Origin: an uncultured Actinomycetes bacterium
GTDB lineage: Bacteria; Actinomycetota; Actinomycetes; S36-B12; CAIYMF01
NCBI GenBank assembly: GCA_963778785.1
Contig: CAVZVV010000010.1
Span: 20,564-84,563 of the forward strand
Direction of reading: 5' to 3'
DNA length: 64,000 nucleotides
In this document: one piece after another, positions 51,491-61,842 of the stretch
How positions within the stretch are numbered: the first letter of the stretch is position 1
Layout: each line of letters opens with the position of its first letter
Program-made: the position numbers and the translations under genes
Notes under the pieces: generated by a model
The model's input: only the letters and a program-made list of their open reading frames with translations
The model's database searches: none
Told to the model about the DNA's origin: nothing

Positions 51491-51643
51491 TCCCCCGCCC
51501 CGCCGAGCCGGGAGCCCACCCCGCCGAGCCGGGAGCCGGCTCCTCGAGCCGGGAGGCTGATCGGTTCGTTTCTGGGCCCGCGGGAGTCCCAACCGCGCGT
51601 TTCCCCAGCGAGAACGCGCCGTTTCCCCTCCTGATGCGCGTGC

Positions 51644-52192
51644 CTAGAGCCCCAGGTCCGCGAGCGAGTAGGCGGTCAGGTAGTCCAGCCCGGCGTCTTT
51701 CACCCGGTCCCCCGCGCCCCGGTCCACGATGACCGCCACCGCGACGACCTCGGCGCCCGCGTCGCGAAGCGCCTCCACGGCCGTGAGCACGGACCCGCCC
51801 GTGGTCGAGGTGTCCTCGACGGCGAGTACCCGACGCCCCGTGACGTCCGGACCCTCGATCCGGCGCTGCAGCCCGTGCGCCTTCTCGCTCTTACGCACGA
51901 CGAACGCGTCGAGGTGGCGTCCGCGTCTCGCCGCGGCATGGAGCATCGCCGTGGACACCGGGTCGGCCCCGAGCGTGAGGCCACCGACGGCGTCGAAGGT
52001 GAGGCCCGCGGTGAGATCGAGCATGACGTCGCCGACGAGGGGGGCAGCCACCCCGTCGAGCGTGACACGGCGAAGGTCGACGTAGTAGTCGGCCTCGCGA
52101 CCGCTCGAGAGCACGACCTTCCCGTGCACGACGGCCTTGGCCAGGATCTGCTCACGCAGCGCGGACTTGGAGAGCTCGGCGTTGGTCGTCAT
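51644..52192 (-). CDS. pyrE: Orotate phosphoribosyltransferase
   Basis: Intact 182-aa ORF with a PRPP-binding motif (VLAVEDTSTTGGS). Confidence 0.9.
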   Translation of the reverse strand: MTTNAELSKSALREQILAKAVVHGKVVLSSGREADYYVDLRRVTLDGVAAPLVGDVMLDLTAGLTFDAVGGLTLGADPVSTAMLHAAARRGRHLDAFVVRKSEKAHGLQRRIEGPDVTGRRVLAVEDTSTTGGSVLTAVEALRDAGAEVVAVAVIVDRGAGDRVKDAGLDYLTAYSLADLGL

Positions 52193-52233
52193 GGGACGAG
52201 CGTAGGTGCGGCTGCCTTGGCCGATGTGCCCGG

Positions 52234-52749
52234 GTGGGGGATGGTGTGGCCATGCCTGCCGCCTCCGTGGTGCTCTGCCCGCCGGCCCCCGGGAGGGCCG
52301 CGGACGAGGTGCTCGACGACGTGGCCGCCGCGGTCACGGCCGCCGCCGTGCCGGTGTGCCGGCCGGACGTACCGCCCGACGGCGACGACGAGGCGCCCAA
52401 GGCCCGCGCCGCACACTGGATCGCGTACACGGCGATCGGCGTAGGCACCTCAGGCGTGCCGGCGCCGGTCCTGCTCGTGTCGGCGGGCGACGCCAACACG
52501 CTGCTGCCCGCGCTGTCCTTCGCGCAGCGGGCGGCCCGGCGCCCGGTGGCCGGCTACGTCTGCGTGGGGGGCCCGGCGCCCGACCCGGCCGGCGCGCCCG
52601 ACTGGCCCGACGCGCCCGTCGTGTACGTGCTGCCGGACGACGCCGACGAGACCGAGCGAGCGGCGGCTCTCACCGCCCGGCTGCGGGGCTGGGAGGTCGT
52701 CCACCACGACGCCGTGGGCGCCGTGCTGGGCCTCCTCGGGATCGGCTGA
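52234..52749 (+). CDS. Hypothetical protein (171 aa)
   Basis: An ORF with plausible coding composition, divergent from pyrE. I recognise no domain, and the start is uncertain (alternative Met 7). Confidence 0.45.
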   Translation: MGDGVAMPAASVVLCPPAPGRAADEVLDDVAAAVTAAAVPVCRPDVPPDGDDEAPKARAAHWIAYTAIGVGTSGVPAPVLLVSAGDANTLLPALSFAQRAARRPVAGYVCVGGPAPDPAGAPDWPDAPVVYVLPDDADETERAAALTARLRGWEVVHHDAVGAVLGLLGIG

Positions 52750-52861
52750 GCCCCACGCCGGGCCTTGAGCCACCTAGACAGGCGGTGCCGACGTTCGATC
52801 GCCGCGGGGCGCACATCGAGACCCAGCATCAGGTCGTCGGGGTCTGCGGGTACCGGCGGTG

Positions 52862-53653
52862 CTACGCCTCGCTCCTGCTGCGGTTCCTGTTGCGCTCGTT
52901 GGGACGCACGCCGCTCGCGCGTCGGACGAGTGGGCGCGGGAGGTAGCGGGCGAGCGTGGATGCGACCTTGTACTGCGCACCGGGCACGACGAGCGGCCGC
53001 CCCTTGCGGGCCGCGGCGAGCGCGCCGTCAACCACGGCATCGACGTCGAGCCACATCCACTCGCGCATCCCGCTCATGTCCATCGCCGCTCGGTCGTGGA
53101 ACTCCGTGTGCGTGAAGCCGGGCGCGACGCAGGTGACGTGCACGCCGGAGCCGTGCAGCTCGCGTGCCAGCGACTCGCTGAACACGGTGATCCACGACTT
53201 CGCCGCCGAATACGTGCCGCCCGCGATGAACGCCGCCACGCTTCCGACGTTCACGACGGCGCCGTGGCTCCGGTCGACCATGCCGGGGACCACCGCGTGC
53301 GTCAGCCGCATCGGAGCGACCACGAGGATGTCGAGGAGCCGCTGCTCGTCCGCGACGTCGCTGTCGGTGAAACCGACGTTGAGCCCGAATCCGGCGTTGT
53401 TCACCAGCAGGTCGACCGGCCGGGCCGGGTCGGCCAGCCGGGCCTCGACCGCCGCCATACCGTCGACCGTGGTGAGGTCCGCCGGCAGCACCTCGACGTC
53501 GACGCGGTGGACCGCGCGCAGCTCGTCGGCCAGGGCGCCGAGCCGCCGCGCGTCTCGGGCCACGAGCACGAGGTCGCTGCCGTCGGCGGCCAGGCGGCGG
53601 ACGAAGCCCAGGCCGATGCCGGCGGTGGCTCCGGTGATGACGGCGGTGCTCAT
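52862..53653 (-). CDS. Short-chain dehydrogenase/reductase (SDR)
   Basis: ATG at 53653. TGATAGIG, NNAG and YSAAK motifs. Confidence 0.9.
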   Translation of the reverse strand: MSTAVITGATAGIGLGFVRRLAADGSDLVLVARDARRLGALADELRAVHRVDVEVLPADLTTVDGMAAVEARLADPARPVDLLVNNAGFGLNVGFTDSDVADEQRLLDILVVAPMRLTHAVVPGMVDRSHGAVVNVGSVAAFIAGGTYSAAKSWITVFSESLARELHGSGVHVTCVAPGFTHTEFHDRAAMDMSGMREWMWLDVDAVVDGALAAARKGRPLVVPGAQYKVASTLARYLPRPLVRRASGVRPNERNRNRSRSEA

Positions 53654-53757
53654 AGGTCCTCCGACGGTCTGCGTGTGATGGGTGCGGCGAGCGGTCGGGC
53701 AGTCGGGCGGCAGGTCGGCGTGCGGCCTGCTGGCGTGCAGCGGTGCGGGTCGTGCGG

Positions 53758-54900
53758 TCAGGGCCGGCTGACGAGGGCGGCGGCCGCCTCTCCGACGGCA
53801 CGGTAGTGGGCGATCGCCGCGGCCCGGCCGGCGGCCGTCTGTGCCTGCACCTGCTGGAAGAGCGCCTCGCGGGCCCAGCGCTGGGCTGGGTCGCCCAGGC
53901 GCATCGCCCCTCCGGCCCTGGCCGCGACGAGGGCCGACGACGCGCGCACCGCGAGCTCGAGGGACGCCGCGCGCAGCTCTTCGCGACGGCCGAGCTCCTG
54001 ATCCGCGGGCACCTCGTCGACCAGGGAGTACGCCTCCCGCCGCAGGGTTCGGGCCTGCTCGGCCAGCTCGCCCGCGAGCGCCACGGCGGCGGGCATCCCC
54101 CGCTGCTCGCCGGTATGGGCGAGCTCGCGGCTGACGGCCCGCAGCAGGCCGAACGTGTGGGGAGAGGCGTTGGCCCGCTGCAGCGCGTCGGCTGCGAGCC
54201 ACGTGGCGCGGTCGACGACGTCGACCACGTCCTCATCGGGGACCGGGGCGCCGGAGAGCCGCACCGGGCAGGTCCAGGTTCCGCCCATCGCGGCCAGGTG
54301 GAGGGGCGGGCCGCTGGACACTCCGCGCCCCTCGTGGGGCTCGAGCAGGACCCGGACCAGCGATGCCTCGTGCTCGCCCGTGCCCTGGGCGAGGACGAGG
54401 ACGACGTCGCAGATCGACCACGAGGTGACCCAGTCGAGGGTGCCGTCGAGCACCCAGCCGTCGGGCGAACGGCTGGCCGTGACCGCGGGCGGGCCGGGGC
54501 GGCGCACGTGCGCGAACGCGACGCCGGCGAGCGCCCGGCCGGTGGCGAGGGGCTCCAGCCATCGGGCGCGCAGCCCTTCGTCCGGGCTGGCGGCCACGGC
54601 CGCGAGGGGCCCGTGGTGCTGGGTCCAGCAGAACCAGGTGGATCCGCAGCCGCCCGCCAGATGCTCCGTCACGAGCCGGCGCACCGGGTCCGGCGCGCCG
54701 TGCGGCGCCGGACCCGCGAGGCCGAGCAGCCCCGCTTCACCGAGCCGGTCGAGATGGGCCCGGGGGACGCCGTGCTCGTCGGAGTGCGCCGCCGTGGGAG
54801 AAAGCAGGTGGCGAGCCAGGTCGTCGGCGGCCACCACCCGCGGATCGGCCAGGGCACCCGCGGCGACGCCCGCGGACCAGCTGTCATCGGGAGGGGCCAC
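53758..54900 (-). CDS. Acyl-CoA dehydrogenase-family protein
   Basis: 380-aa ORF. The N-terminal (..HLDRLGEAGLLGL..), middle (GWVLDGTLDWVTS) and C-terminal helical parts resemble the ACAD fold. This is a weaker call. Confidence 0.55.
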   Translation of the reverse strand: MAPPDDSWSAGVAAGALADPRVVAADDLARHLLSPTAAHSDEHGVPRAHLDRLGEAGLLGLAGPAPHGAPDPVRRLVTEHLAGGCGSTWFCWTQHHGPLAAVAASPDEGLRARWLEPLATGRALAGVAFAHVRRPGPPAVTASRSPDGWVLDGTLDWVTSWSICDVVLVLAQGTGEHEASLVRVLLEPHEGRGVSSGPPLHLAAMGGTWTCPVRLSGAPVPDEDVVDVVDRATWLAADALQRANASPHTFGLLRAVSRELAHTGEQRGMPAAVALAGELAEQARTLRREAYSLVDEVPADQELGRREELRAASLELAVRASSALVAARAGGAMRLGDPAQRWAREALFQQVQAQTAAGRAAAIAHYRAVGEAAAALVSRP

Positions 54901-54966
54901 CCGCCGACGCTAACCCGAGAGGCGCGCCCCCGGGCGGAGCGGCGCTCGCGTCAGTAGGCTCACCCG

Positions 54967-56151
54967 GTGCCGCAGGACCCTCACGCCGACCCCCTGAGGT
55001 CGCTCGTCCCCCACCTGCGGCCCTACGCCCGCAGCGTCTTCGGCGAGATGAGCGCCCTTGCCTCGTCCGTGGGCGCGGTCAACCTCGGGCAGGGCTACCC
55101 CGACACCGACGGCCCGGAGGACATCAAGGACATCGCGATGAGTGCGATCGCCGACGGCTCCGGCAACCAGTACCCGCCGGCCCACGGCCTCCCCGATCTG
55201 CGCCGCGCGATCGCCGAGCACCAGGAGCGGTTCTACGGCCTCGGGTACGACCCGGACACCGAGGTGGTGGTCGGCACGGGCGCGAGCGAGTGCCTCGGGT
55301 CCGCTCTCATCGGGCTCGTCGACACCGACGACGAGGTCGTGGTGCTCGAGCCGTACTTCGACATCTACGCCCCGCACATCGCGATGGCCCGAGGACGACG
55401 GGTCGCCGTGCCGCTCTCGGCCGGGTTCCGCCCCGACGTCGAAGCCATCGCCGCCGCCGTCACCTCCCGCACGAAGGTGCTGCTGCTGAACACGCCGCAC
55501 AACCCCTCCGGCACGGTGTTCACCCGCGACGAGCTCGAGGCCGTGGCCGAGGTGGCACGGCGGCACGACCTCGTCGTGCTGAGCGACGAGGTGTACGAGC
55601 ACCTGGTCTACGACGGCACGCCGCACGTGCCCATCGCCAGCCTGCCGGGGATGCGCGAGCGCACGCTCACCGTCGGCAGCGGCGGCAAGTCGTTCTCGTT
55701 CACGGGGTGGAAGGTCGGGTGGATCACGGGTCCCGCGCCCCTCGTCCTCGCCGCGCGGGTGGCCCGCCAGCACCTGTCCTACGTGTCGGGAGGCCCGTTC
55801 CAGCCGGCGATCGCCGCGGCCCTGCGGCTCCCGGACTCCTACTTCACCACGTTCGCCGCCGGGCTCGCGGCCCAGCGCGACCAGCTGCTCGCCGGCCTTC
55901 GCTCCGTCGGGCTCGATCCTTTGGTTCCGCGCGGCACCTACTTCGTCGTGACCGATGCCACCGCCCTGGGATACCGGGCGGGTGCGGAGATGGCGGCGGA
56001 CCTGCCCGTGCGGGCAGGTGTCGCGGTGATCCCGGTGTCGGCCTTCTGCGACCATCCAGGCCCCGCCGACCGGTTCGTCCGCTGGACCTTCTGCAAGCGA
56101 CCCGAGGTGCTCGCCGAGGCCGTCACCCGGATGCAGAGCGCCTTCGACTGA
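54967..56151 (+). CDS. Class I/II PLP-dependent aminotransferase (DapC/MalY-like)
   Basis: NLGQGYPD, LLNTPHNPSGTVF and SGGKSFSFTGWKVGW (PLP Lys). Confidence 0.85.
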   Translation: MPQDPHADPLRSLVPHLRPYARSVFGEMSALASSVGAVNLGQGYPDTDGPEDIKDIAMSAIADGSGNQYPPAHGLPDLRRAIAEHQERFYGLGYDPDTEVVVGTGASECLGSALIGLVDTDDEVVVLEPYFDIYAPHIAMARGRRVAVPLSAGFRPDVEAIAAAVTSRTKVLLLNTPHNPSGTVFTRDELEAVAEVARRHDLVVLSDEVYEHLVYDGTPHVPIASLPGMRERTLTVGSGGKSFSFTGWKVGWITGPAPLVLAARVARQHLSYVSGGPFQPAIAAALRLPDSYFTTFAAGLAAQRDQLLAGLRSVGLDPLVPRGTYFVVTDATALGYRAGAEMAADLPVRAGVAVIPVSAFCDHPGPADRFVRWTFCKRPEVLAEAVTRMQSAFD

Positions 56152-56189
56152 TCAGCTCGACGGCGGTCGGTGCAGCGTACGGTGGCGCG

Positions 56190-57167
56190 ATGGAGATGCG
56201 GCCGCTGGCAGAGCGAGAGGCGTCGGTGGTGGGCCTGGGCGCCTGGCAGCTCGGAGGCGACTGGGGCGACGTCTCGGAGAGTGACGCCCTCGCCGTGATC
56301 GACGCAGCGGTCGCCGCGGGCGTGCGGTTCGTCGACACGGCCGACGTGTACGGCGACGGTCGCAGCGAGCGGCTGATCGGACGCTGGCTCGCCGAGCACC
56401 CCGGCTCGGGCATCTTCGTCGCGACGAAGATGGGTCGACGGGTCGAGCAGCGGCCGGAGAACTTCACGGCCGGCGCGATGCGCACGTGGAACGACCGCTC
56501 GCGCGCGAACCTCGGCGTCGACACCCTCGACCTCGTCCAGCTGCACTGCCCACCTGCTGCGCTCTACTCCCTCGACCCCGTATTCGACGAGCTCGACGCG
56601 ATGGTGGCCGAAGGGAGGATGCACGCCTACGGCGTGAGCGTCGAGACGTGCGACGAAGCGCTCGCGGCCATCGCGCGGCCTGGCGTAGCGAGCGTGCAGA
56701 TCATCCTCAACCCGCTGCGGCACAAACCGATCGAGCGCGTCCTGCCCGCCGCCGTTGACTCAGGGGTGGGCATCATCGCACGGGTGCCGCTCGCCTCCGG
56801 CCTGCTGTCGGGCCGCTACGACGAGTCCACCGTGTTCCCGCCCGACGACCACCGCACCTACAACCGCCACGGCGAAGCCTTCGACGTCGGCGAGACGTTC
56901 TCCGGCGTTCCCTACGACGTCGGACTCGCGGCGGTGCGCGAGCTTGCCGGCATCGTCCCGCAGGGCACGGCCACAGCCGCATTCGCGCTGCGGTGGATCA
57001 TCGACCAGCCCGGGGTCACCACGACGATCCCGGGGGCCCGCAGCCCCGAGCAAGCCCGATCGAACGCCGCTGCGGCCGACCTGCCGGCCCTCACCCGCGA
57101 GCAGTCCGCCGCCGTCCGCAACGTGTACGACCGGCTGGTGCGTCCCGCCGTCCACGACCGCTGGTAA
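56190..57167 (+). CDS. Aldo/keto reductase
   Basis: ATG at 56190 in ORF 55290..57167. FVDTADVYGDGRSERLIG, DLVQLHCP and IPGARSPEQ motifs. Confidence 0.9.
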   Translation: MEMRPLAEREASVVGLGAWQLGGDWGDVSESDALAVIDAAVAAGVRFVDTADVYGDGRSERLIGRWLAEHPGSGIFVATKMGRRVEQRPENFTAGAMRTWNDRSRANLGVDTLDLVQLHCPPAALYSLDPVFDELDAMVAEGRMHAYGVSVETCDEALAAIARPGVASVQIILNPLRHKPIERVLPAAVDSGVGIIARVPLASGLLSGRYDESTVFPPDDHRTYNRHGEAFDVGETFSGVPYDVGLAAVRELAGIVPQGTATAAFALRWIIDQPGVTTTIPGARSPEQARSNAAAADLPALTREQSAAVRNVYDRLVRPAVHDRW

Positions 57168-57212
57168 GCCCGAGGCGGGGAACGTTTGTCGCCAGCCAGC
57201 CCGCCCCGCGTA

Positions 57213-57431
57213 CCCGTTTCATCCGGTTGCCGGATGCTGGGGGCGCTTAGGCGTCACCGAGGCGACCGAAGCGCACGTTTCATCCGGTTGCCGGATGGAA
57301 CGCGCAAGCAGACGGAGCAAGCCGGACGAGACTGGTTCGCGCGCTCCCTCAGGTTGACGGACCGTGGCGGCGCTTAGGCGTCACCGAGGCGACCTAAGCA
57401 CGCGCTTCATCCGGTTGCCGGATGGAACGCG
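57213..57431. repeat. Family-1 repeats: three CGTTTCATCCGGTTGCCGGATG cores, including a 63-bp direct repeat (57242-57304 / 57369-57431, 4 mismatches)
   Basis: Read directly. The ATCCGG-TTG-CCGGAT hairpin core occurs three times. The first 40 nt of 57213.. align to the reverse complement of the 73-bp unit at 7978.. with about 33/40 identity. Confidence 0.9.
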
Positions 57432-57434
57432 GGG

Positions 57435-57570
57435 GAAGCGCCACGCGGGGAGCCCCACGTGGGGAAGCGCCACGCGGGGGAAGCGCCACGCGGGGAGCCC
57501 CACGTGGGGAAGCGCCACGCGGGGGAAGCGCCACGCGGGGAGCCCCACGTGGGGAAGCGCCGCGCGGGTG
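57435..57570. repeat. 45-bp tandem repeat x3 (GAAGCGCCACGCGGGG occurs 6 times at alternating 29/16-nt spacing), G-rich
   Basis: gaagcg starts at 57435, 57464, 57480, 57509, 57525 and 57554. Confidence 0.9.
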
Positions 57571-57619
57571 AGGGGACAAGCACGGGGGCAGGGGGCGGCT
57601 GGGGCGGGCGGGGAACGGG

Positions 57620-60202
57620 TCAGGACGAGGTGACGTCGAGGGTGGCGGCGCCTTCGGCGACCGAGACCCGCACGGTCTGACCGTCGCGCACCCGGCCGGA
57701 CAGGATCGCGCGGGCCAGCTGGTCGCCGATGGCCGACTGCACCAGCCGGCGCAGCGGCCGCGCGCCGTACGCCGGGTCGTACCCGTGCAGGACGAGCCAG
57801 TCCTTCGCCGCGGCGGTGACGTCGAGCGTGAGCCGCCGGTCGGCGAGGCGTCGCTGCAACGACTCCACCTGCAGGTCGACGATGCGGCCGAGGTCGGCGA
57901 TGCCCAGCGTCTCGAACATCACGGTGTCGTCGAGCCGGTTGAGGAACTCGGGCTTGAAGGTCGAGCGCACGACGGCCATCACGGCCTCACGTGCCTGTTC
58001 GGGCGCGAGCGCAGGGTCGACGAGGTACTGCGAGCCCAGGTTCGAGGTGAGGATCAGGATCGCGTTGCGGAAGTCGACCGTGCGACCCTGGCCGTCGGTG
58101 AGACGGCCGTCATCGAGCACCTGCAGAAGGACGTCGAACACCTCGGGGTGGGCCTTCTCGACCTCGTCGAGCAGCACCACGGTGTAGGGACGTCGCCGCA
58201 CCGCCTCAGTGAGCTGGCCGCCCTCCTCGTAGCCGATGTACCCGGGGGGAGCGCCCACGAGGCGGGCGACGGAGTGCTTCTCTCCGTACTCGCTCATGTC
58301 GATGCGGGTCATGGCCCGCTCGTCGTCGAACAGGAACTCCGCGAGCGCCTTGGCGAGCTCGGTCTTGCCCACGCCGGTAGGGCCGAGGAAGAGGAAGGAG
58401 CCAGTAGGGCGGTCGGGGTCGGCGACGCCGGCGCGGGCCCGGCGCACGGCGTCGGCTACCGCCCGAACGGCCTCGGCCTGCCCGACCACGCGGTCGCCGA
58501 GCTCGTCCTCCATCCGCAGCAGCTTGGCGGTCTCGCCCTCGAGCAGCCGCCCGGCCGGGATACCGGTCCATGCCGACACCACCTCGGCCACGTCGTCGGG
58601 ACCGACCTCCTCCTTGACCATCGCCGAGCGGGCGTTGGTCTCCGAGGTCACCCGCGCAAGCTCGCCCTCGAGGCCCGGGATATCGGCGTAGAGCACCCGC
58701 GAGGCCTGCTCGAAGTCGCCCTCGCGCTGGGCCCGCTCGGCCACGCTGCGGAGCTCGTCGATGCGCACCTTGAGGTCGCCGATGGCGTCGAGGCCGGACT
58801 TCTCCGCGTCCCAGCGGGCGCGCAGGCCGCGCAGCTCCTCCTCCTTGTCGGCGAGGTCGGCGCGGATCTTGGCCAGCCGCGCCTGCGAGGCCGGGTCGGT
58901 CTCCTTGGCGACGGCGAGCTCCTCCATCCGCAGCCGGTCGACGGCGCGCTGCAGCTCGTCGATCTCGACAGGGGAGGAATCGATCTCCATGCGAAGCCGC
59001 GAGGCCGCCTCGTCGACCAGGTCGATCGCCTTGTCCGGCAGGAAGCGGGACGTGATGTACCGGTCCGAGAGGGTGGCAGCGGCCACGAGCGCGGCGTCGG
59101 AGATCACCACCTTGTGATGCGACTCGTACTTCTCCTTGATGCCCCGCAGGATGCCGACGGTGTCCTCCACCGAGGGCTCGCCGACCATCACCTGCTGGAA
59201 CCTGCGCTCGAGGGCTGGGTCCTTCTCGATGTGCTCGCGGTACTCGTCCAGCGTGGTGGCGCCGACCATGCGTAGCTCGCCGCGGGCGAGCATCGGCTTG
59301 AGCATGTTGCCGGCGTCCATCGCCGAGTCGCCGGTGGCGCCTGCGCCGACGACGGTGTGCAGCTCGTCGATGAACGTGACGACCTGGCCGTCGGAGTCCT
59401 TGATCTCCTCGAGCACGGCCTTGAGCCGTTCTTCGAACTCGCCGCGATACTTGGCACCCGCCACCATCGCGGCCAGGTCGAGCGCCACGAGACGCTTACC
59501 GCGCAGGGACTCGGGCACGTCGCCGTCGACGATGCGCTGGGCCAGGCCTTCGACGACCGCGGTCTTGCCGACGCCCGGCTCGCCGATGAGGACGGGATTG
59601 TTCTTCGTCCGGCGCGAAAGCACCTGGACGACCCGGCGGATCTCGGGGTCGCGCCCGATCACCGGGTCGATCTTGCCCTCGCGGGCCCGCGCGGTGAGGT
59701 CGACGCCGTACTTGAGCAGGGCCGCGAAGGTGCCCTCCGGGTCCTGGGTGGTGACGCGGGCCGAGCCGCGCAACGAGCCGAGCGCGTCGAGCAGCGTGGT
59801 GGGCGTGGCGCCCTGAGACGTGAGGGTGTCGGCGACGCCGGGTCCGCCGGCCTGGGCGAGCCCGATGAGCACGTGCTCGGTCGAGACGTAGTCGTCGCCA
59901 CGCTCGCGGGCGAGGTCCTGCGCGGCCGTGACCACGCGGTAGGCCGCCGGCGAGAACTGCGGGGACGAGACGGTGGAGCCCGAGGCCGCGGGCTGGCGCT
60001 CGAGTCCGGCCTTGGCGGTCGCGAACAGCGACGAGCGGTCGGCGCCGACGGTGTCAAGCAGCGCCGCGGCGATTCCGTCGGGCTGCTCGAGGAGCGAGAC
60101 GAGCAGGTGGAGCGGCTCGACCTGCGGGTTGCCCGCCGCACCGGCGCGGCGCACCGCGCCGGACACAGCCTCCTGCGAGCGGGTGGTGAAGGGGATGTCC
60201 AT
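57620..60202 (-). CDS. clpB: ATP-dependent chaperone/disaggregase ClpB
   Basis: Intact 860-aa ORF with two AAA+ modules ([17 protein letters not shown]) and a long coiled-coil M-domain. Confidence 0.97.
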   Translation of the reverse strand: MDIPFTTRSQEAVSGAVRRAGAAGNPQVEPLHLLVSLLEQPDGIAAALLDTVGADRSSLFATAKAGLERQPAASGSTVSSPQFSPAAYRVVTAAQDLARERGDDYVSTEHVLIGLAQAGGPGVADTLTSQGATPTTLLDALGSLRGSARVTTQDPEGTFAALLKYGVDLTARAREGKIDPVIGRDPEIRRVVQVLSRRTKNNPVLIGEPGVGKTAVVEGLAQRIVDGDVPESLRGKRLVALDLAAMVAGAKYRGEFEERLKAVLEEIKDSDGQVVTFIDELHTVVGAGATGDSAMDAGNMLKPMLARGELRMVGATTLDEYREHIEKDPALERRFQQVMVGEPSVEDTVGILRGIKEKYESHHKVVISDAALVAAATLSDRYITSRFLPDKAIDLVDEAASRLRMEIDSSPVEIDELQRAVDRLRMEELAVAKETDPASQARLAKIRADLADKEEELRGLRARWDAEKSGLDAIGDLKVRIDELRSVAERAQREGDFEQASRVLYADIPGLEGELARVTSETNARSAMVKEEVGPDDVAEVVSAWTGIPAGRLLEGETAKLLRMEDELGDRVVGQAEAVRAVADAVRRARAGVADPDRPTGSFLFLGPTGVGKTELAKALAEFLFDDERAMTRIDMSEYGEKHSVARLVGAPPGYIGYEEGGQLTEAVRRRPYTVVLLDEVEKAHPEVFDVLLQVLDDGRLTDGQGRTVDFRNAILILTSNLGSQYLVDPALAPEQAREAVMAVVRSTFKPEFLNRLDDTVMFETLGIADLGRIVDLQVESLQRRLADRRLTLDVTAAAKDWLVLHGYDPAYGARPLRRLVQSAIGDQLARAILSGRVRDGQTVRVSVAEGAATLDVTSS

Positions 60203-60257
60203 GCCTAGGCGACCTCAGGTGTGGTGGTGCCGATGATCGGGGAACGGCCGCGGACGC

Positions 60258-60608
60258 TCAGGTCCGGCGCGCCGGAGGGCGCCAGACGACGAGCGCGGTG
60301 GAGTGCTGCTCGCGCTGCACGTCGTCGAGGCGTCGACGCAACCGCTCGACCTCGGCCTCGAGCGCCATGATGCGCTGGATGCCGGCGAGGTTGATGCCCT
60401 CGCCGGAGAGCCGCTGCACCTCGAGCAGCTGCGCGACGTCGCGCAGGGAGTACAGCCGGGTGCGGCCCCGGGTGCGGTCGGGGCTCACGAGCCCGAGCCT
60501 GTCGTAGGTGCGCAGGGTCTGTGGGTGCATCCCCGACAGTGACGCTGCCACGGAGATGGCGTACACGGGGGTGTCGTCGTCGACACCGCCGAAGGACGGG
60601 GTGCTCAT
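60258..60608 (-). CDS. hspR: MerR-family heat-shock repressor HspR
   Basis: ATG at 60608 (overlaps the dnaJ stop). VYAISVAASLSGMHPQTLRTYDRLGLVSP.R..G..RLYSLRDV. Its position after dnaJ is canonical. Confidence 0.9.
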   Translation of the reverse strand: MSTPSFGGVDDDTPVYAISVAASLSGMHPQTLRTYDRLGLVSPDRTRGRTRLYSLRDVAQLLEVQRLSGEGINLAGIQRIMALEAEVERLRRRLDDVQREQHSTALVVWRPPARRT

Positions 60609-61798
60609 CCGGTGCCTCCGTTCCGCGCTGCGCCGGCCCGGGCGTGCAGGTCGGCGCGGGGGTCGTGGTCGGCGGTGGCCACCTGGTAGGCCTCGAGCGC
60701 CTCGCGGGCCGCCTTGGACAGGTTGAGCGGAATCGCGACGGCGACGGTGACCAGCAGGTCGCCGCGGGAGCCGTCCTTGCGCGCCACTCCCCTGCCGCGC
60801 ACCCGGAAGGTGCGTCCGGTCTGGGTGCCGGCGGGGATCTTCAGCGTGACCGGGGTGCCGTCGGGCACCGGCACCTTCATCTCGCCGCCGAGCGCCGCCT
60901 CGTCGATGGTGATCGGCACCTCGACGGTGAGGTTGTCTCCCTTGCGCCCGAACACGGGGTGCACGGCCACGTGCACGGTGATGAACAGATCGCCGTGCGG
61001 GCCGCCGTTCTCGCCGGGCGTGCCCTTTCCCTTGAGGCGGATGCGGGCACCGTCCTTCACGCCGGCGGGGATGCGCGCCTGCACCGTGCGGCTCGACCGG
61101 GCGCGGCCCGAGCCGTGGCAGTCCGGGCACGGGTCGTCGACGACGAGACCGCGGCCGGCGCACTGCCGGCACGGCTCGGCGAACGCGAAGCCGCCCGCGT
61201 TGCGGGACACCTGCCCCGTGCCCGAGCAGGCCGGGCAGACCCGCGGCGTGGTGCCGGTGCGCGCGCCCGTACCCGCGCACGTGGTGCACGCGCCCTCGCC
61301 GCTGAGCCGCAGCGGGAGGGTGACTCCCGCGAGCGCCTCGTCGAAGGAGAGGGTGACCTCGCTCTCCGCGTCGGCGCCGCGACGCGGGCCGGCCTGCTGA
61401 CCACGGCCGCGGTTGAACAGACCGCCGAGCACGTCACCGAGGCCACCGAAGCCACCGCCGGTCGCGCCACCGCGGTTGAGCAGGTCCTCGAAGTCGGACG
61501 CGCCGAAACCGCCGCCCTGCCCAGCCGGACGGCCGAAGCCTCCGGGCCGGAACCCACCGGTGCCGAACAGCGATCGGGCCTCGTCGTACTCCTTGCGCTT
61601 GGCGTCGTCGCCGATGACCTCGTAGGCCTCGCCCACCTCCTTGAACCGCGCCTCTGCCTTGGCGTCAGCGTCGTTCGCGTCCGGGTGGTACTGCTTGGCG
61701 AGCTTGCGGTACGCCTTCTTGATGGTGTCGGTGTCGGCGTCCTTGGGGACGCCGAGGACCTTGTAGTAGTCCTTCTCGATCCAGTCCTTCGTGCTCAT
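60605..61798 (-). CDS. dnaJ: Co-chaperone DnaJ
   Basis: Intact 397-aa ORF. J-domain (DYYKVLGV..HPD), G/F region and four CxxCxGxG zinc motifs. Confidence 0.97.
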   Translation of the reverse strand: MSTKDWIEKDYYKVLGVPKDADTDTIKKAYRKLAKQYHPDANDADAKAEARFKEVGEAYEVIGDDAKRKEYDEARSLFGTGGFRPGGFGRPAGQGGGFGASDFEDLLNRGGATGGGFGGLGDVLGGLFNRGRGQQAGPRRGADAESEVTLSFDEALAGVTLPLRLSGEGACTTCAGTGARTGTTPRVCPACSGTGQVSRNAGGFAFAEPCRQCAGRGLVVDDPCPDCHGSGRARSSRTVQARIPAGVKDGARIRLKGKGTPGENGGPHGDLFITVHVAVHPVFGRKGDNLTVEVPITIDEAALGGEMKVPVPDGTPVTLKIPAGTQTGRTFRVRGRGVARKDGSRGDLLVTVAVAIPLNLSKAAREALEAYQVATADHDPRADLHARAGAARNGGTG

Positions 61799-61842
61799 CG
61801 GCGTCCCTCCTCCCGGATGCTGGTGGGACCGTGCGCTGGTGG

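Noticed and set aside
51498-51619. Short 21-bp tandem (ccccgccgagccgggagcc x2 plus a partial copy) and a gcgcgtt..aacgcgc hairpin between dedA copy 2 and pyrE.
   Set aside because: These are ordinary convergent-terminator-zone structure, unrelated to the two repeat families and of no further interest.
57435-57570. Possible CRISPR array (regularly spaced 16-nt repeat).
   Set aside because: The 'spacers' are themselves identical (it is a 45-bp tandem repeat), the repeats are too short, and there are no cas genes in the window.
57364-57633. 89-aa ORF (and 7608..7991 / 7688..8011 ORFs) running through repeat arrays.
   Set aside because: The peptide periodicity (GKRHAGSPTWGSATR x3) merely mirrors the DNA tandem repeat. 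There is no RBS or coding signature.
60203-60257. Looked for an HspR-binding HAIR inverted repeat (CTTGAGT-N7-ACTCAAG) upstream of clpB.
   Set aside because: None is present in the 55-nt hspR-clpB spacer. clpB is more likely co-transcribed, and the HAIR sites upstream of dnaK would lie outside the window.
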